From a virus: DNA of 64,000 nt. Each line of letters opens with the position of its first letter. Position 1 is the first letter of the stretch. Below the pieces are notes generated by a model that worked only from the letters and a program-made list of their open reading frames with translations, made no database searches and had not been told where the DNA came from. Positions 1 to 9,279 of the stretch are shown here, in pieces. Position numbers and translations under genes: made by a program. The stretch lies in the IMG/VR virus record IMGVR_UViG_641228504_000001. One strand, 5' to 3'.

Positions 1-425
1 ATGGCCCGCGGGCCTCGAGGTTCGCCGTCCTCGAGTAACTCCACGACCATGCCGTCGGATACGACAAGGCCGAGCAGCTGCGCCAGATCCGCCCCGGACC
101 GTGCGGCCTGCAGGGTCCACCCGGAGGGCAACCCTTCCTGATCTTCAGCGGTGGCTAGACCCATAATCGTCGTGCCGGCAAGCTCCTTGATCGTCACGGA
201 CGTAGCACCGTCGGCGAGGCGGTTCGGGGCAAGCGTGGTGACGAGGCTACCGAGGCGCACCTCGGTGAAACCCCACGAGGTGTGGCCGCGGGAGACAGGC
301 CGTTTAAGGGTGGCGTCTTCGAGGCGTCCGAGCAGGGTGAGGAACCGGTCAAGCACCGCGAGCGCGCGCCGCGCATCTGCCGATCCCTCCGGACCCGGCA
401 GCGTGACCCGCAGTTCCGTGCTCAT
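1..425 (-). CDS. Hypothetical protein, truncated at window edge (MSTELRVTLPGPEGSADARR...)
   Basis: ATG at 425; I translated it manually and it stays open to position 3. Absent from the ORF track because it has no stop in the window. Confidence 0.55.
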   Translation of the reverse strand, partial: MSTELRVTLPGPEGSADARRALAVLDRFLTLLGRLEDATLKRPVSRGHTSWGFTEVRLGSLVTTLAPNRLADGATSVTIKELAGTTIMGLATAEDQEGLPSGWTLQAARSGADLAQLLGLVVSDGMVVELLEDGEPRGPRA

Positions 426-520
426 ACCACCCACCATGTCACAGTCGTCCGACCCGGGGTACCGGCATAACGGCCTACTGTGCCCCGAGGTCACGCGCAG
501 CTCGGAGCGGAAAAACGACA

Positions 521-550
521 GCCCCGCCTGGCCTCACGGCCGGGCGGGGC
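521..550. terminator. Intrinsic terminator hairpin
   Basis: GCCCCGCCTGGCC-TCAC-GGCCGGGCGGGGC after the small-ORF operon; homolog at 9533-9568. Confidence 0.7.
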
Positions 551-608
551 GCTTCGTCGTGTCTGGGGTCAGCGAAGCACAACGCCCCACATGGACCAAC
601 GGCCGGAC

Positions 609-827
609 TCAGGCCCGACCCCGCCGCCGCGGTCGACGTCGACCCGGCCCACACCCCGGCTCCTGACACCCGCAGTACCCACCCGCAAGCCGTAGTAGCT
701 CCTGGTCCCCGGCGCACTGGTGCGTCTTCACCACGATCCCGGGGGCGCAACCCAGGCAGCGCAGCGCCGGATCGACGGCCGGTCCTGGGGGCGGCGCCGG
801 CGGGCTGTCGCCGGTCGCTCCGGTCAC
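609..827 (-). CDS. Small Cys-rich protein (CLGC..HQC..CGC..C), 72 aa
   Basis: GTG overlaps upstream TGA (GTGA); homolog of 9276-9515. Confidence 0.5.
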   Translation of the reverse strand: MTGATGDSPPAPPPGPAVDPALRCLGCAPGIVVKTHQCAGDQELLRLAGGYCGCQEPGCGPGRRRPRRRGRA

Positions 828-943
828 CAGTGACCTTCGTTCAGCCGGTCCGGATCCGGCGGAGGGTTGGGCGGACCATCCTTCCGGATCCGTTGGGGTA
901 GCGGTGGTGGTGGCGGATTGCAACGCCAGGACCGGACACGCAT
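824..943 (-). CDS. Pro-rich microprotein, 39 aa (MRVRSWRCNPPPPPLPQRIRK...HW)
   Basis: AGGGGA RBS 9 nt upstream; GTGA coupling to next ORF; homolog 9142-9279 differs by synonymous changes and an in-frame indel. Confidence 0.5.
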   Translation of the reverse strand: MRVRSWRCNPPPPPLPQRIRKDGPPNPPPDPDRLNEGHW

Positions 944-996
944 GACAGGACATCCCCTTCCAGTTATCGGACGAGTGAGGGTCGTGGCAGTCGGGC

Positions 997-1227
997 TTAC
1001 TGCCGACCCAGGACGTGCTCAGGTGGCGCCCAATCGCCCTGACCCACCGAGGTCAGGTAGTCGTAGGCGTAGCCGGTGGGCCTGCAGGGCCACTCGGATC
1101 CGCACATCGGGCATCGGTCCACACGTGGCCAGTGTTCGACGATGATCCTGCGGGCGGACCGGATCATCCGGTTGCGTAGCTGCGCTGGCGACAGGCCAAT
1201 CGGAGTAGGCCGGACGTGGGCGGCCAT
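997..1227 (-). CDS. Small protein with CPxC..WPC putative Zn-binding motif, 76 aa
   Basis: Conserved with 8864-9097; start overlaps upstream stop. Confidence 0.65.
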   Translation of the reverse strand: MAAHVRPTPIGLSPAQLRNRMIRSARRIIVEHWPRVDRCPMCGSEWPCRPTGYAYDYLTSVGQGDWAPPEHVLGRQ

Positions 1228-1409
1228 CACCGGGAGCAGGCCCGCTGCCGGGCCAACCGGGTCATCAACGGCCGCGTATCCAGGATCACCGTCGGCTGGT
1301 CGCGCAGCGGCCGGTAGGCACCGGCCCGCCCGGCGTACACGGTGGCGGGACCGGTGGCGTCCAGCCGCGCGGAACGACGGCGTCGGCGTTGGCGGAACAG
1401 CCGGAACAT
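1227..1409 (-). CDS. Arg-rich microprotein, 60 aa (MFRLFRQRRRRR...)
   Basis: GGAGG RBS; near-identical homolog at 8688-8867. Confidence 0.6.
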   Translation of the reverse strand: MFRLFRQRRRRRSARLDATGPATVYAGRAGAYRPLRDQPTVILDTRPLMTRLARQRACSR

Positions 1410-1559
1410 GCGCTGCGCACCTCCTACGAGTCGGAGTGCCGCCCGGCCAGGCATCGGGGGAAGCCAGCCAGGCGACACACACGCAACGTAGGTGCGGCGA
1501 AGGCGCACAGTAGCCACGAAGTGTGGTGGTACCCCGCGGTGTGGTACCCGCTTGTCAGA

Positions 1560-2768
1560 TCAGGCGACCCCGACCTGATCGGCCAGACTCCGAAGCTCTG
1601 GCCGGGTCGTCGGAGTCTCCCGAGCCAGAAGCTCTCGCAGCAACGCCCGCATAGTCAGGCTTAGCCGGGAATCCTCGGGTGACTCCTGGTGTGCGCGGCT
1701 CAACATGAGCGAGGCGGCCACGTCGTCGCGTTGCGTGGCGTACCCACGCGCCAGGTGCAGCAGGTGCGAGTGCCGGCGCTCGATGCTCGGCGATCCAGTC
1801 ACGTCGACCCGCTCGCCCAACTTGAGCGCCTCACCATGCCGCGACAGCTCCAGCGCCACCGCAGCCCGGTGAATCCCGACGTTGATCGGGCCGAAAAACA
1901 GCCAGTGGTGAGACGTTTCCCCGACGACGGCAGCGAGCTTTTCCGCCTCGCTCAGGACCACTGTGGTGTCCCGGTCGTTGTGCAGCCGAGCCGCCTGCAC
2001 AGACAGCAGCAGATTGAGCCCGCCGAGGACAGACAGCCGCACCGGGTCCTGGTCATCGATTGCGCGTAGCTCAGCGATAGCGGACCGGCATAGCTCAGCG
2101 GACTCCTCCGCGTGGCCGCGCATCGACAGCGCCTGGCCGAGGTTCCACGCCCCGGCGCCGCGGTAGATCGGATCGTCGGCGTCACGTGCAGCGGCCAGCG
2201 CCCGATCGGCGGCCACGAGCGCCACGTCATGTGCGCCGATGCGCTTGGCGTAGGAGCGCACCAGGAGATACAGGTCGGCGGAGATCCGCAGCGCGTCACG
2301 CCGTGAGTCGCCGTCGGTGCTGGCGACGGCAGCGGTAACGGCCTGGACGAGGCCGGGCAGGGCAGGGCCGGTGTAGGTGTAACGCTGCCGCGACTGGTGC
2401 CATGTCGTCCACGCCAACCGCACCGCGGCGCGTAGCTCGGGCAGCGGCATCAGCTCGACCTCTGGCGGGCCGTAGGCGTGGATGGCGGCGCGGAGCGGTC
2501 CCACTAACTCGTGGTCCACCGGGTCATCCGGGAGATGACCGACGGGGAGTCCGGTGATGCGGTACAGGTCGCGTACCCGCAGGATACGAGCGATGTCGAC
2601 CCAGTCGGAGAGGGTATTAACGGATCGTTCCCCTGACTCCCACTTACGCCAGGCGGAAACGGTGACGCCCTTGAGTTGGGCACATACTTCTTGTGTCAGG
2701 CCGGCTCGGCGGCGGTAGAGCTTGATGCGTTGGCCGGGGGTCATCCCCGGCTCGATGACGGGGTCCAT
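1560..2768 (-). CDS. XRE-family HTH regulator with helical TPR-like C-terminal region, 402 aa
   Basis: N-terminal HTH (GLTQE..A..GV..S.W.KWESGER); C-terminal F.P.NV..H...ALEL..R.....AR family pattern; GGAGAAGG RBS. Confidence 0.85.
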   Translation of the reverse strand: MDPVIEPGMTPGQRIKLYRRRAGLTQEVCAQLKGVTVSAWRKWESGERSVNTLSDWVDIARILRVRDLYRITGLPVGHLPDDPVDHELVGPLRAAIHAYGPPEVELMPLPELRAAVRLAWTTWHQSRQRYTYTGPALPGLVQAVTAAVASTDGDSRRDALRISADLYLLVRSYAKRIGAHDVALVAADRALAAARDADDPIYRGAGAWNLGQALSMRGHAEESAELCRSAIAELRAIDDQDPVRLSVLGGLNLLLSVQAARLHNDRDTTVVLSEAEKLAAVVGETSHHWLFFGPINVGIHRAAVALELSRHGEALKLGERVDVTGSPSIERRHSHLLHLARGYATQRDDVAASLMLSRAHQESPEDSRLSLTMRALLRELLARETPTTRPELRSLADQVGVA

Positions 2769-3021
2769 AGCCTTCTCCAGGTAGAGGACTGGGCGGCGGG
2801 CCGCCAGCCTCTACCCCGGCGGGCCGCCACAGTCGACGGTACTCCCCGCCCACCAGGTCACGCCGTCAGTAACAGACCGTGTTGTATTGTGGATACCTCG
2901 CGCGCAATAACACGGCCCCGCAATTCTGGCTAGCCTTCAAACCGGTCATTGCTCCGGCCGGAGATACGTGTCGGACATTTAACAAGACACAGAAGACGCG
3001 AATCCCATTCGTGGATATTGC

Positions 3022-3049
3022 TTGTCGATTATCAATCTGGTACTAAACT
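3022..3049 (+). promoter_or_regulatory. Putative housekeeping-sigma promoter TTGTCG-N16-TAAACT
   Basis: In the AT-rich intergenic block; identical in inverted orientation in the prophage homolog. Confidence 0.4.
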
Positions 3050-3222
3050 TGATCCGGCCAAGTGATCATCCGGTGACGGGCCGTCACAACCCAACGTGAC
3101 CCGTTGCGCACCATCACCCCACCCCCGCCCACGACACGCGGCGAGAAGTCTTCCCATTTCATTCGTACACGTGTTCTACTCGCACGCTCCGTTAGGCACC
3201 CGAGGAGGTCATCCACTCCGCC

Positions 3223-3831
3223 ATGCGCAGCCAGCCCACCCGCCACCCATCCCCACCCCTACGCGCCGCGATCTACGGACCCACGCGGCAGATCGGACGC
3301 TGGCAGCCAACCTGCACCGCCTGGTGCACAGACCGCGGCTACGACCTGACGTCCATCGTCGACGAAGACGCCGCCGCCACCCGCTGGAGCGACCTGCTCG
3401 TCATGATGGCCGACGGCGACGTCGACGTGGTCGTGGTGGCCACCCTTGCGGACCTGCCGCCAAAAAGGATGGCCAGAGTCGAGACCATCAACCGGGGGCA
3501 GCCAGCGCGACGGCCAGGACTACGCGCCGTGGTCTACGGCCCGCCCTGGGACGTCAAACGGTGGGGGCGCCGGGGCATGAAGTGGTGTCAGCAGGCGGAG
3601 CTGGACGTTCGCCGCCTCATCGTCGAGACGCCCGCCGCGAGCGAGTGGCCCGGCGTGGTCGAGGGAATGGCCGACGGAACGGTCGACGTGGTGGTGATGG
3701 GCAGTTGGGGTCATCTACCCCCGCATCGCCTGCCACGAATCGAGGTAGCAGGCACCACACCGGCAGGGCTACTGCAACCCCGCCTGGCCCGCTGGTACCC
3801 GATTACAGGTCACTTGCGTCCGTCCGGATAG
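3223..3831 (+). CDS. Protein with two tandem degenerate resolvase-like (serine recombinase fold) domains, 202 aa
   Basis: Internal duplication RAAIYGP...MADGDVDVVVV / RAVVYGP...MADGTVDVVVM; YxRVS catalytic motif absent. Confidence 0.7.
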   Translation: MRSQPTRHPSPPLRAAIYGPTRQIGRWQPTCTAWCTDRGYDLTSIVDEDAAATRWSDLLVMMADGDVDVVVVATLADLPPKRMARVETINRGQPARRPGLRAVVYGPPWDVKRWGRRGMKWCQQAELDVRRLIVETPAASEWPGVVEGMADGTVDVVVMGSWGHLPPHRLPRIEVAGTTPAGLLQPRLARWYPITGHLRPSG

Positions 3832-4098
3832 GACCCTCGGTGGTCGGAGGATGCGGACTATCGGTCAAAGACCCGCTTGACTGGTGCAGGCCTTTTGATC
3901 TAGTAGCACTTTCGGTCACCTCGAACAATACCCAACCGCCAGTTTTACGCACGGTCACTAGAAATGATCGCCGAGTCGGAGTCTGATCAGAGGCCCACCC
4001 CGAAACGCAGAGGCTGGTGGGGATCGAATGGGGAGGGAATAGCTGTGGAGGACCGCAAGCGCGTCACTCACAGTAAGAGCAATGTAGCGCACACCTGT

Positions 4099-4482
4099 GT
4101 GACGGTCGCAGCCATCGCCGGACTCATCCTCTGCGCGAGGTCCCTCCGCCGCACCCTCCAGACCGTCGAGGCTGAAGTCTCAGCCATGCGAACGGACTTT
4201 ACCGACGTGCTGACCATCGCCGATGCTGACGCCGAGCTGCGCCAGCGACGCAACGGCACGTACGTCGGCGCCGACGTCACTCCACTCGTACCAGCGGTTA
4301 GAAGCGGTCCGCCTGGGAGACCCGCCGAGCGGCCCGCTGCGCCCGCTCAACCTGCGCCGACCGGCCATACCGGCGAGGCATCTCCGCCGAGGACCAACCG
4401 AACAGTGCCATCGCGTCGCCCTCGGAACCGCCGGCGTCAGCCCACAGGTGCGCGGCGAGGTGCCGCAGCTTATGAGGGTTGA
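4099..4482 (+). CDS. Hypothetical protein with hydrophobic N-terminus; 3' part overlaps recombinase antisense
   Basis: GTG after the conserved leader; true end uncertain. Confidence 0.35.
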   Translation: MTVAAIAGLILCARSLRRTLQTVEAEVSAMRTDFTDVLTIADADAELRQRRNGTYVGADVTPLVPAVRSGPPGRPAERPAAPAQPAPTGHTGEASPPRTNRTVPSRRPRNRRRQPTGARRGAAAYEG

Positions 4483-5188
4483 TCTTCGGGATCTTCGCCT
4501 CCTCGCAACGGCGTTCCAGCATCTGATACGCACCGGAAGACGTGAGCGCCCCTCCCCGCTCGGCCAGCCACAGCGCCTCAAGTCTGCCCGCATCTCGGTG
4601 CTTGGACCTCACGCGTAGGTAACGATCGATTGCCTGCCCCGTCTTCGCACCGAAGGGCACAGAACGAATCTTGTCGCCCTTGCCATGAAGGGTGACAAGG
4701 TCGTGGCGCATGTCCAGGGCGTCGAGGGTGATACCCACCATCTCTGAGACCCTGGGGGACCCCGCCTCACACCACAACCGGATCATCGCTGTATCGCGAC
4801 GCTCGGTAAAGCCTTTGCCGCCGCATGCCTTAAGCAGCAGCGCCATATGGTCAGCGGGGACAATGGGGATGGGTTTGCTGGTGACAGCGGGCTCGGCGAT
4901 CCGGGCCATCGGGTTACTGTCGACGATCTCCTCCACCTCGCACCACCGATAGAACGCTCGTAGGTTGCGAAACTTCTTGTGCACCGTGGCGCTGGAGTTG
5001 CCGATCTCCTGAGCATCGATTAGGAACTCCTCCACGTCGACGCGAGTAACCTCAGCCAGGTCACGCCCGGAGCAGAACCCGGCGAGTTGGCGCAGGGTGG
5101 TGACGTAGCTGTCGACGGTCTCGGGAGAGGTACGGCGGGCGCGGTGGTACCGCTCATAGGAGGCGATGTGCGTCTCGTTGGCATCCAT
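4298..5188 (-). CDS. Tyrosine recombinase/integrase (XerC-like), 296 aa
   Basis: Catalytic R (PRVSEM), K (GKGDK), HKLRH, GW (Trp for His), Y (RRYG); N-terminal core-binding domain. Confidence 0.92.
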   Translation of the reverse strand: MDANETHIASYERYHRARRTSPETVDSYVTTLRQLAGFCSGRDLAEVTRVDVEEFLIDAQEIGNSSATVHKKFRNLRAFYRWCEVEEIVDSNPMARIAEPAVTSKPIPIVPADHMALLLKACGGKGFTERRDTAMIRLWCEAGSPRVSEMVGITLDALDMRHDLVTLHGKGDKIRSVPFGAKTGQAIDRYLRVRSKHRDAGRLEALWLAERGGALTSSGAYQMLERRCEEAKIPKINPHKLRHLAAHLWADAGGSEGDAMALFGWSSAEMPRRYGRSAQVERAQRAARRVSQADRF

Positions 5189-5297
5189 GGCGGGGCCTCC
5201 CTGGTCGCTACAGCGCTAAGTCAGGGAGGAAAGAATACTCTCCTCCACCATCGCTGTGGCGACCCCCGCCGCCCGATTCGATCTCTATTTGTGCTGG

Positions 5298-5342
5298 TGG
5301 TGGGGCGGGCGGGACTTGAACCCGCGACCGAGGGATTATGAG
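5298..5342 (-). repeat. att core (prophage left junction): 3' half of tRNA(CAT), probably tRNA-Ile2
   Basis: Minus strand CTCATAATCCCTCGGTCGCGGGTTCAAGTCCCGCCCGCCCCACCA: anticodon loop, T-arm and CCA; 5' half absent; repeated at 40424. Confidence 0.9.
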
Positions 5343-5417
5343 ACTCCCGGGTAAAGGTGCACGACACTGCACAGCCTACGTATTCGTTAGCCGTGCAGTG
5401 TCAAACAAGGGGGTGCA

Positions 5418-5446
5418 GTACACCCTGATATACACCCTTGATCTTG
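5418..5446 (+). repeat. Putative integrase arm-type site pair GTACACCCTGATATACACCCTTGATCTTG
   Basis: 27/29 identical to 40376-40404 on the other side of the core in attP. Confidence 0.7.
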
Positions 5447-5474
5447 CACAGACAGTAGCCAAGGATCGGACAAC

Positions 5475-5876
5475 CTACGTCACGTCGCCCAGCAGCCTCC
5501 GCGCGATCGCCCGTGCCGCCGCGATCACCTCCGGCGTCAGACCAACGCCACCCGTCGGCAGCCCCGCCACTCCCCTCCCCGCCTCGAACCCTCGCGCCAA
5601 TGCCTCATCAACGGCGCGCTGCTGCTCAGCATGAGCAGTTACGGTCGCGGCAGCCACACCACGTAGGTACGCCTGTTCCACCTCCCGCGCATGGTGGTCC
5701 TCGTCCGCCTCGCGGCAGCGCCGAACTTCGCCTCGGAGCCACTGATTCTCCTGCCTGAGTCGCTGATTTGTCGCGGCTGCCCTCGATCCGCGTTGGTAGA
5801 TGGCGGCGGCAGCGTGTGCGGCGCGGACAATCAATGGCACGGTGGGCGGGCGCCGGCGTCGAGCTATCAGCTCCAC
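5475..5876 (-). CDS. Hypothetical coiled-coil protein
   Basis: GTG start after the conserved leader; Ala/Arg/Glu-rich. Confidence 0.55.
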   Translation of the reverse strand: MELIARRRRPPTVPLIVRAAHAAAAIYQRGSRAAATNQRLRQENQWLRGEVRRCREADEDHHAREVEQAYLRGVAAATVTAHAEQQRAVDEALARGFEAGRGVAGLPTGGVGLTPEVIAAARAIARRLLGDVT

Positions 5877-6176
5877 GAATCCCCATGTGTGTGCAACAGT
5901 GGTCTTACTGCGAGTGACGCGCTTACGCTTCACCACAGCTATTCCCTCCCCATTCGGTCCCCCCACCAGCCTCTGCGTTTCGGGGTGGGCCTCTGATCAG
6001 ACTCCGACTCGGCGATCATTTCTAGTGACCGTGCGTAAAACTGCCGGTTGGGATGTCGCCGCGCATGACCGAAAGTGCTACTAGAACAACGGGCTCGCAC
6101 GGCACAACCCCTGTTTGAGCGAAAGCGGCATCCCATAGCCGGCTATCTGTCCTGACAGGACGGCAGCACATCGCCA

Positions 6177-6767
6177 CTACTGGGCCGGGTACCAGTCCAC
6201 CGCACGGGGCTGCAGCAGTCCCGGCAGCGTTGCGCCTGCCACCTCTACTCGTGGGAGACGGTGCGGGGGTAGGTGGCCCCAGCTGCCCATCACCACCAGC
6301 TGGACCTCATCGGCGGCCATCATTCGGACCACGCCTGGCCACTCGTGCGCGTCGGGTGTCTCGACCACGAGGTCGCGCACGGTCAGGCCGGCGCGGTCTG
6401 CCCATGTCAGGCCCCGACGTCTCCACAGCTCCACATCCCAGGGTGGGACGTAGACGAGCGTGCGCAGCCCGCGTCCATGGCGCACTGGCTGCCGCCGGCC
6501 GATGGTCTCGACCCGCGCCATGCGGTCGGCTGGTAGGTCAGCCAGGCTGGCTACCACGACGATGTCGATGTCGCCGTCGGCCATCATGACGAGCAGATCA
6601 CCCCACCGGGTGGCGTCGGGGGTCTCGTCGATGACGGACACCAGTTCGTAGCCGCATTCCGTGGACCAGGCGGTGCAGGTTGGCTGCCAGCGTCCGATCT
6701 GCCGCGTGGGTCCGTAGATCGCGGCGCGTAGGGGTGGGGATGGGTGGCGGGTGGGCTGGCTTCGCAT
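6177..6767 (-). CDS. Tandem degenerate resolvase-like domain protein, 196 aa
   Basis: Homolog of 3223-3831. Confidence 0.7.
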   Translation of the reverse strand: MRSQPTRHPSPPLRAAIYGPTRQIGRWQPTCTAWSTECGYELVSVIDETPDATRWGDLLVMMADGDIDIVVVASLADLPADRMARVETIGRRQPVRHGRGLRTLVYVPPWDVELWRRRGLTWADRAGLTVRDLVVETPDAHEWPGVVRMMAADEVQLVVMGSWGHLPPHRLPRVEVAGATLPGLLQPRAVDWYPAQ

Positions 6768-7349
6768 GGCGGAGTGGATGACCTCCTCGGATGCCTGGCG
6801 GGAGCGTGCGAGTAGAACACATGTACGAATGAAATGGGAAGAGTTCTCCCGGTGTGTCGTGGGCGGGGGTGGGGTGGTGGTGCGCAACGGGTCACGTTGG
6901 GTTGTGACGGCCCGTCACCGGATGATCACTTGGCCGGATCAAGTTTAGTACCAGATTGATAATCGACAAGCAATATCCACGAATGGGATTCGCATGATCC
7001 GTGTCTTGTTAAATGTCCGACACGTATCTCCGGTCGACGGCGTGACCGATTTAGAGGCTAGCCAGAATTGCTGCCTCATGTTATTGCGCGCGAAGTATCC
7101 ACAATACAACACGGTCTGTTACTGACGGCGTGACGTGGTGGGCGGGGAGTACCGTCGACTGTGGCGGCCTGCCGGGGGTCGATGCCGGCGGCAGCGCCTG
7201 GATCGGGGCGACAAAGTAGGGGCCGGATGTGCGGTCCGACCCCTTGCGCGCCCCGCCACGGTAGCAGGAGACATCGACGCGACGTACTGTGCCAATGGAC
7301 GCCGGTTTCGTGCGGGAACCGGCACTTCACCCTCGTGCGGGAGGGCACC

Positions 7350-8543
7350 ATGAGTGACTACATCGGATTGCGCGTCGCTCGGTGGCGCGACATCAGCGGC
7401 ATGACCCAACACGACCTGGCCAGCGCTGTCGGTGTGACTCCGGCCTACATCAGCATGCTGGAGAACGGGCGCCGGCCGGTGGCCAAACGGTCACTGCTTA
7501 TCGCGCTGGCCAGCGCGCTGCAGGTCAGCATCACCGATCTGACCGGTCAACCCGCGACGCCCCGCAGCTCCGACGACCTCGCGATCTACGGTGCCGTCCC
7601 TGCCCTACGCGGCGCGCTCGACGACGAACCCGAGGCCGGCCCGCTGCCGTCGCTGGCCGACGTCGCCTCCCGCACGGACGCGGTCATGTCCGCGCGGATG
7701 GCCTGCGACTACCAGAGCCTGGCCCGGCTCCTGCCCCCGCTGGTCGCTGATACCCGCCAGCTCGCCAACTCCGGAGACGAGCACGCGTTGGCGCTGTTCG
7801 TGCGGACCGCGGTCACCGCAGCATTGGCGATCAAGCCGTTTGGGTACGTCGATCTGAGCGCGCGGTACGCAGAGCGCGCCGACGTCGCCGCCGATCGCCT
7901 CGGTAGGCAAATCGAGTCGGCGGCGGCGGCGTTCGCGCTCGCACAGACCGCGCTGGCATCCGGCACCACCGGTGGGCGCCGCCGGTCGCTGATGACCGCG
8001 GTCGCCGCTGCCGAACGTCTCGGTGACGACGGTGACGACGCCGCCCTCACGTGGTACGGCATGCTGCACCTGCACGCCGCCCTGTCGGCGGCCTCACTCG
8101 ACATCGGCGACTCCGACAGTCATCTCGCCGAGGCGGGTGCCGCGGCTCGTCGCGCGGGATCGGATCCGTGGCGGATGGAGTTCACCTCCACAAACGTCGA
8201 CATCTGGCGTATCGGGGTGGCGGTTGAGAACGGCGAGCCCGAGCGGGCTCCCGAGTACGCCCGCCAGGTCGACCGGTCCCGTATCCGCACCGCGAACCGC
8301 CGCGCCCGGATGCACATCGACACGGGGCGCGGCTGGTACGCCGCCGGCGACCAGGACCGCGCCATCCTGTCGTGGCTGGAGGCTGACGAGGCGTCACCGG
8401 CGGAGCTGCGGTCCCGGCCGAGTGTGCGGGAGTTGGTCGGACAGATGATCCGTGACTCTCGTCGACGCGGCTCCGATGAGCTGCGGGACCTGGCGACACG
8501 GGTTGGTGTCGACCCGCTCGATCCCGACCACGACCAGACTTAA
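7350..8543 (+). CDS. XRE-family HTH regulator with TPR-like C-terminal region, 397 aa
   Basis: GMTQHDLA..VGVT..YISMLENGRR HTH; GGAGGG RBS before ATG 7350. Confidence 0.85.
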   Translation: MSDYIGLRVARWRDISGMTQHDLASAVGVTPAYISMLENGRRPVAKRSLLIALASALQVSITDLTGQPATPRSSDDLAIYGAVPALRGALDDEPEAGPLPSLADVASRTDAVMSARMACDYQSLARLLPPLVADTRQLANSGDEHALALFVRTAVTAALAIKPFGYVDLSARYAERADVAADRLGRQIESAAAAFALAQTALASGTTGGRRRSLMTAVAAAERLGDDGDDAALTWYGMLHLHAALSAASLDIGDSDSHLAEAGAAARRAGSDPWRMEFTSTNVDIWRIGVAVENGEPERAPEYARQVDRSRIRTANRRARMHIDTGRGWYAAGDQDRAILSWLEADEASPAELRSRPSVRELVGQMIRDSRRRGSDELRDLATRVGVDPLDPDHDQT

Positions 8544-8687
8544 CTAGCAGTTACTCTCCCGATACCGCCGTCGGTCGATAGTCCGTGTGACGGCGGTTTC
8601 CGGTCTTCCCTCCCCGTAACTGGGTAGGGGCGGTCGCAGCCAGAGAGCCGGCCGTCTCGCCACCATCGAGGGTGAGGGAGTACGCGC

Positions 8688-8867
8688 ATGTTCCGGCTGT
8701 TCCGCAAACGCCGCCGCCGTTCCGGGCGGCTGGATGCGACCGGCCCGGCCACGGTGTACGCCGGGCGGGCCGGCGCCTACCGGCCGCTACGCGATCAGCC
8801 GACGGTGATCCTTGATACGCGGCCGTTGATGACCCGGTTGGCCCGGCAGCGGGCCTGCTCCCGGTGA
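8688..8867 (+). CDS. Arg-rich microprotein, 59 aa
   Basis: GAGGGAG RBS; homolog 1227-1409; below the ORF-track cutoff. Confidence 0.6.
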   Translation: MFRLFRKRRRRSGRLDATGPATVYAGRAGAYRPLRDQPTVILDTRPLMTRLARQRACSR

Positions 8868-9097
8868 TGGCCACCCACGCCCGGCCTACCCCGATCGGCC
8901 TGTCGCCGGCGCAGCTGCGTAACCGGATGATCGTGTCGGCCCGGCGGATCATCGTCGAGCACTGGCCCCGGGTGGACCGGTGCCCGGTGTGCGGATCCAC
9001 CTGGCCGTGCACGCCCACCGGCTACGCCTACGACTACCTGGCCTCGGTGGGGCAGGGCGATTGGGCGCCACCTGAGCAGGTCCTGGGCCGGCGGTAG
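8864..9097 (+). CDS. Small CPxC..WPC putative Zn-binding protein
   Basis: GTGATG overlap with upstream stop; homolog 997-1227. Confidence 0.65.
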   Translation: MMATHARPTPIGLSPAQLRNRMIVSARRIIVEHWPRVDRCPVCGSTWPCTPTGYAYDYLASVGQGDWAPPEQVLGRR

Positions 9098-9141
9098 TCC
9101 CGGCCCTCGTTCATCCGACAACTGGAAGGGGATGGCCTGTC

Positions 9142-9279
9142 ATGCGTGTCCGGTCCTGGCGTTGCAATCCGCCGCCACCACCGCTACCCCAACGGATCCG
9201 GAAGGATCACCAGCCGACCACGACATCGAACCCGACACCGAATCCGGATCCGGACCGGCTGAACGGGGGCCACTGGTGA
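9142..9279 (+). CDS. Pro-rich microprotein, 45 aa
   Basis: RBS spacing and substitution pattern favour this frame over ATG 9132. Confidence 0.5.
   Translation: MRVRSWRCNPPPPPLPQRIRKDHQPTTTSNPTPNPDPDRLNGGHW

Larger units (their letters stand above)
1..5342. mobile_element. Second tRNA-integrated element (left boundary outside window)
   Basis: Tyrosine recombinase starts 110 bp from the tRNA 3'-end core; cargo is homologous to the prophage accessory module. Confidence 0.6.

Noticed and set aside
2738-2749. GGGTCATCCCCG matching the start of a mini-array repeat
   Set aside because: Lies in the regulator's coding start (PGMTP) with no complementary stem arm; chance.
5298-5370. Intact tRNA gene
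   Set aside because: Only the anticodon loop to CCA is present; the 5' anticodon-stem strand (GGAGT vs TCCCT) does not pair, and D-arm and acceptor 5' strand are missing. Same at 40424.
5959-5964. Phase-variable poly-G tract controlling an N-terminal extension (MIAESES...)
   Set aside because: G6 is short for slippage, and substitutions in the extension are mostly non-synonymous, so it looks non-coding.
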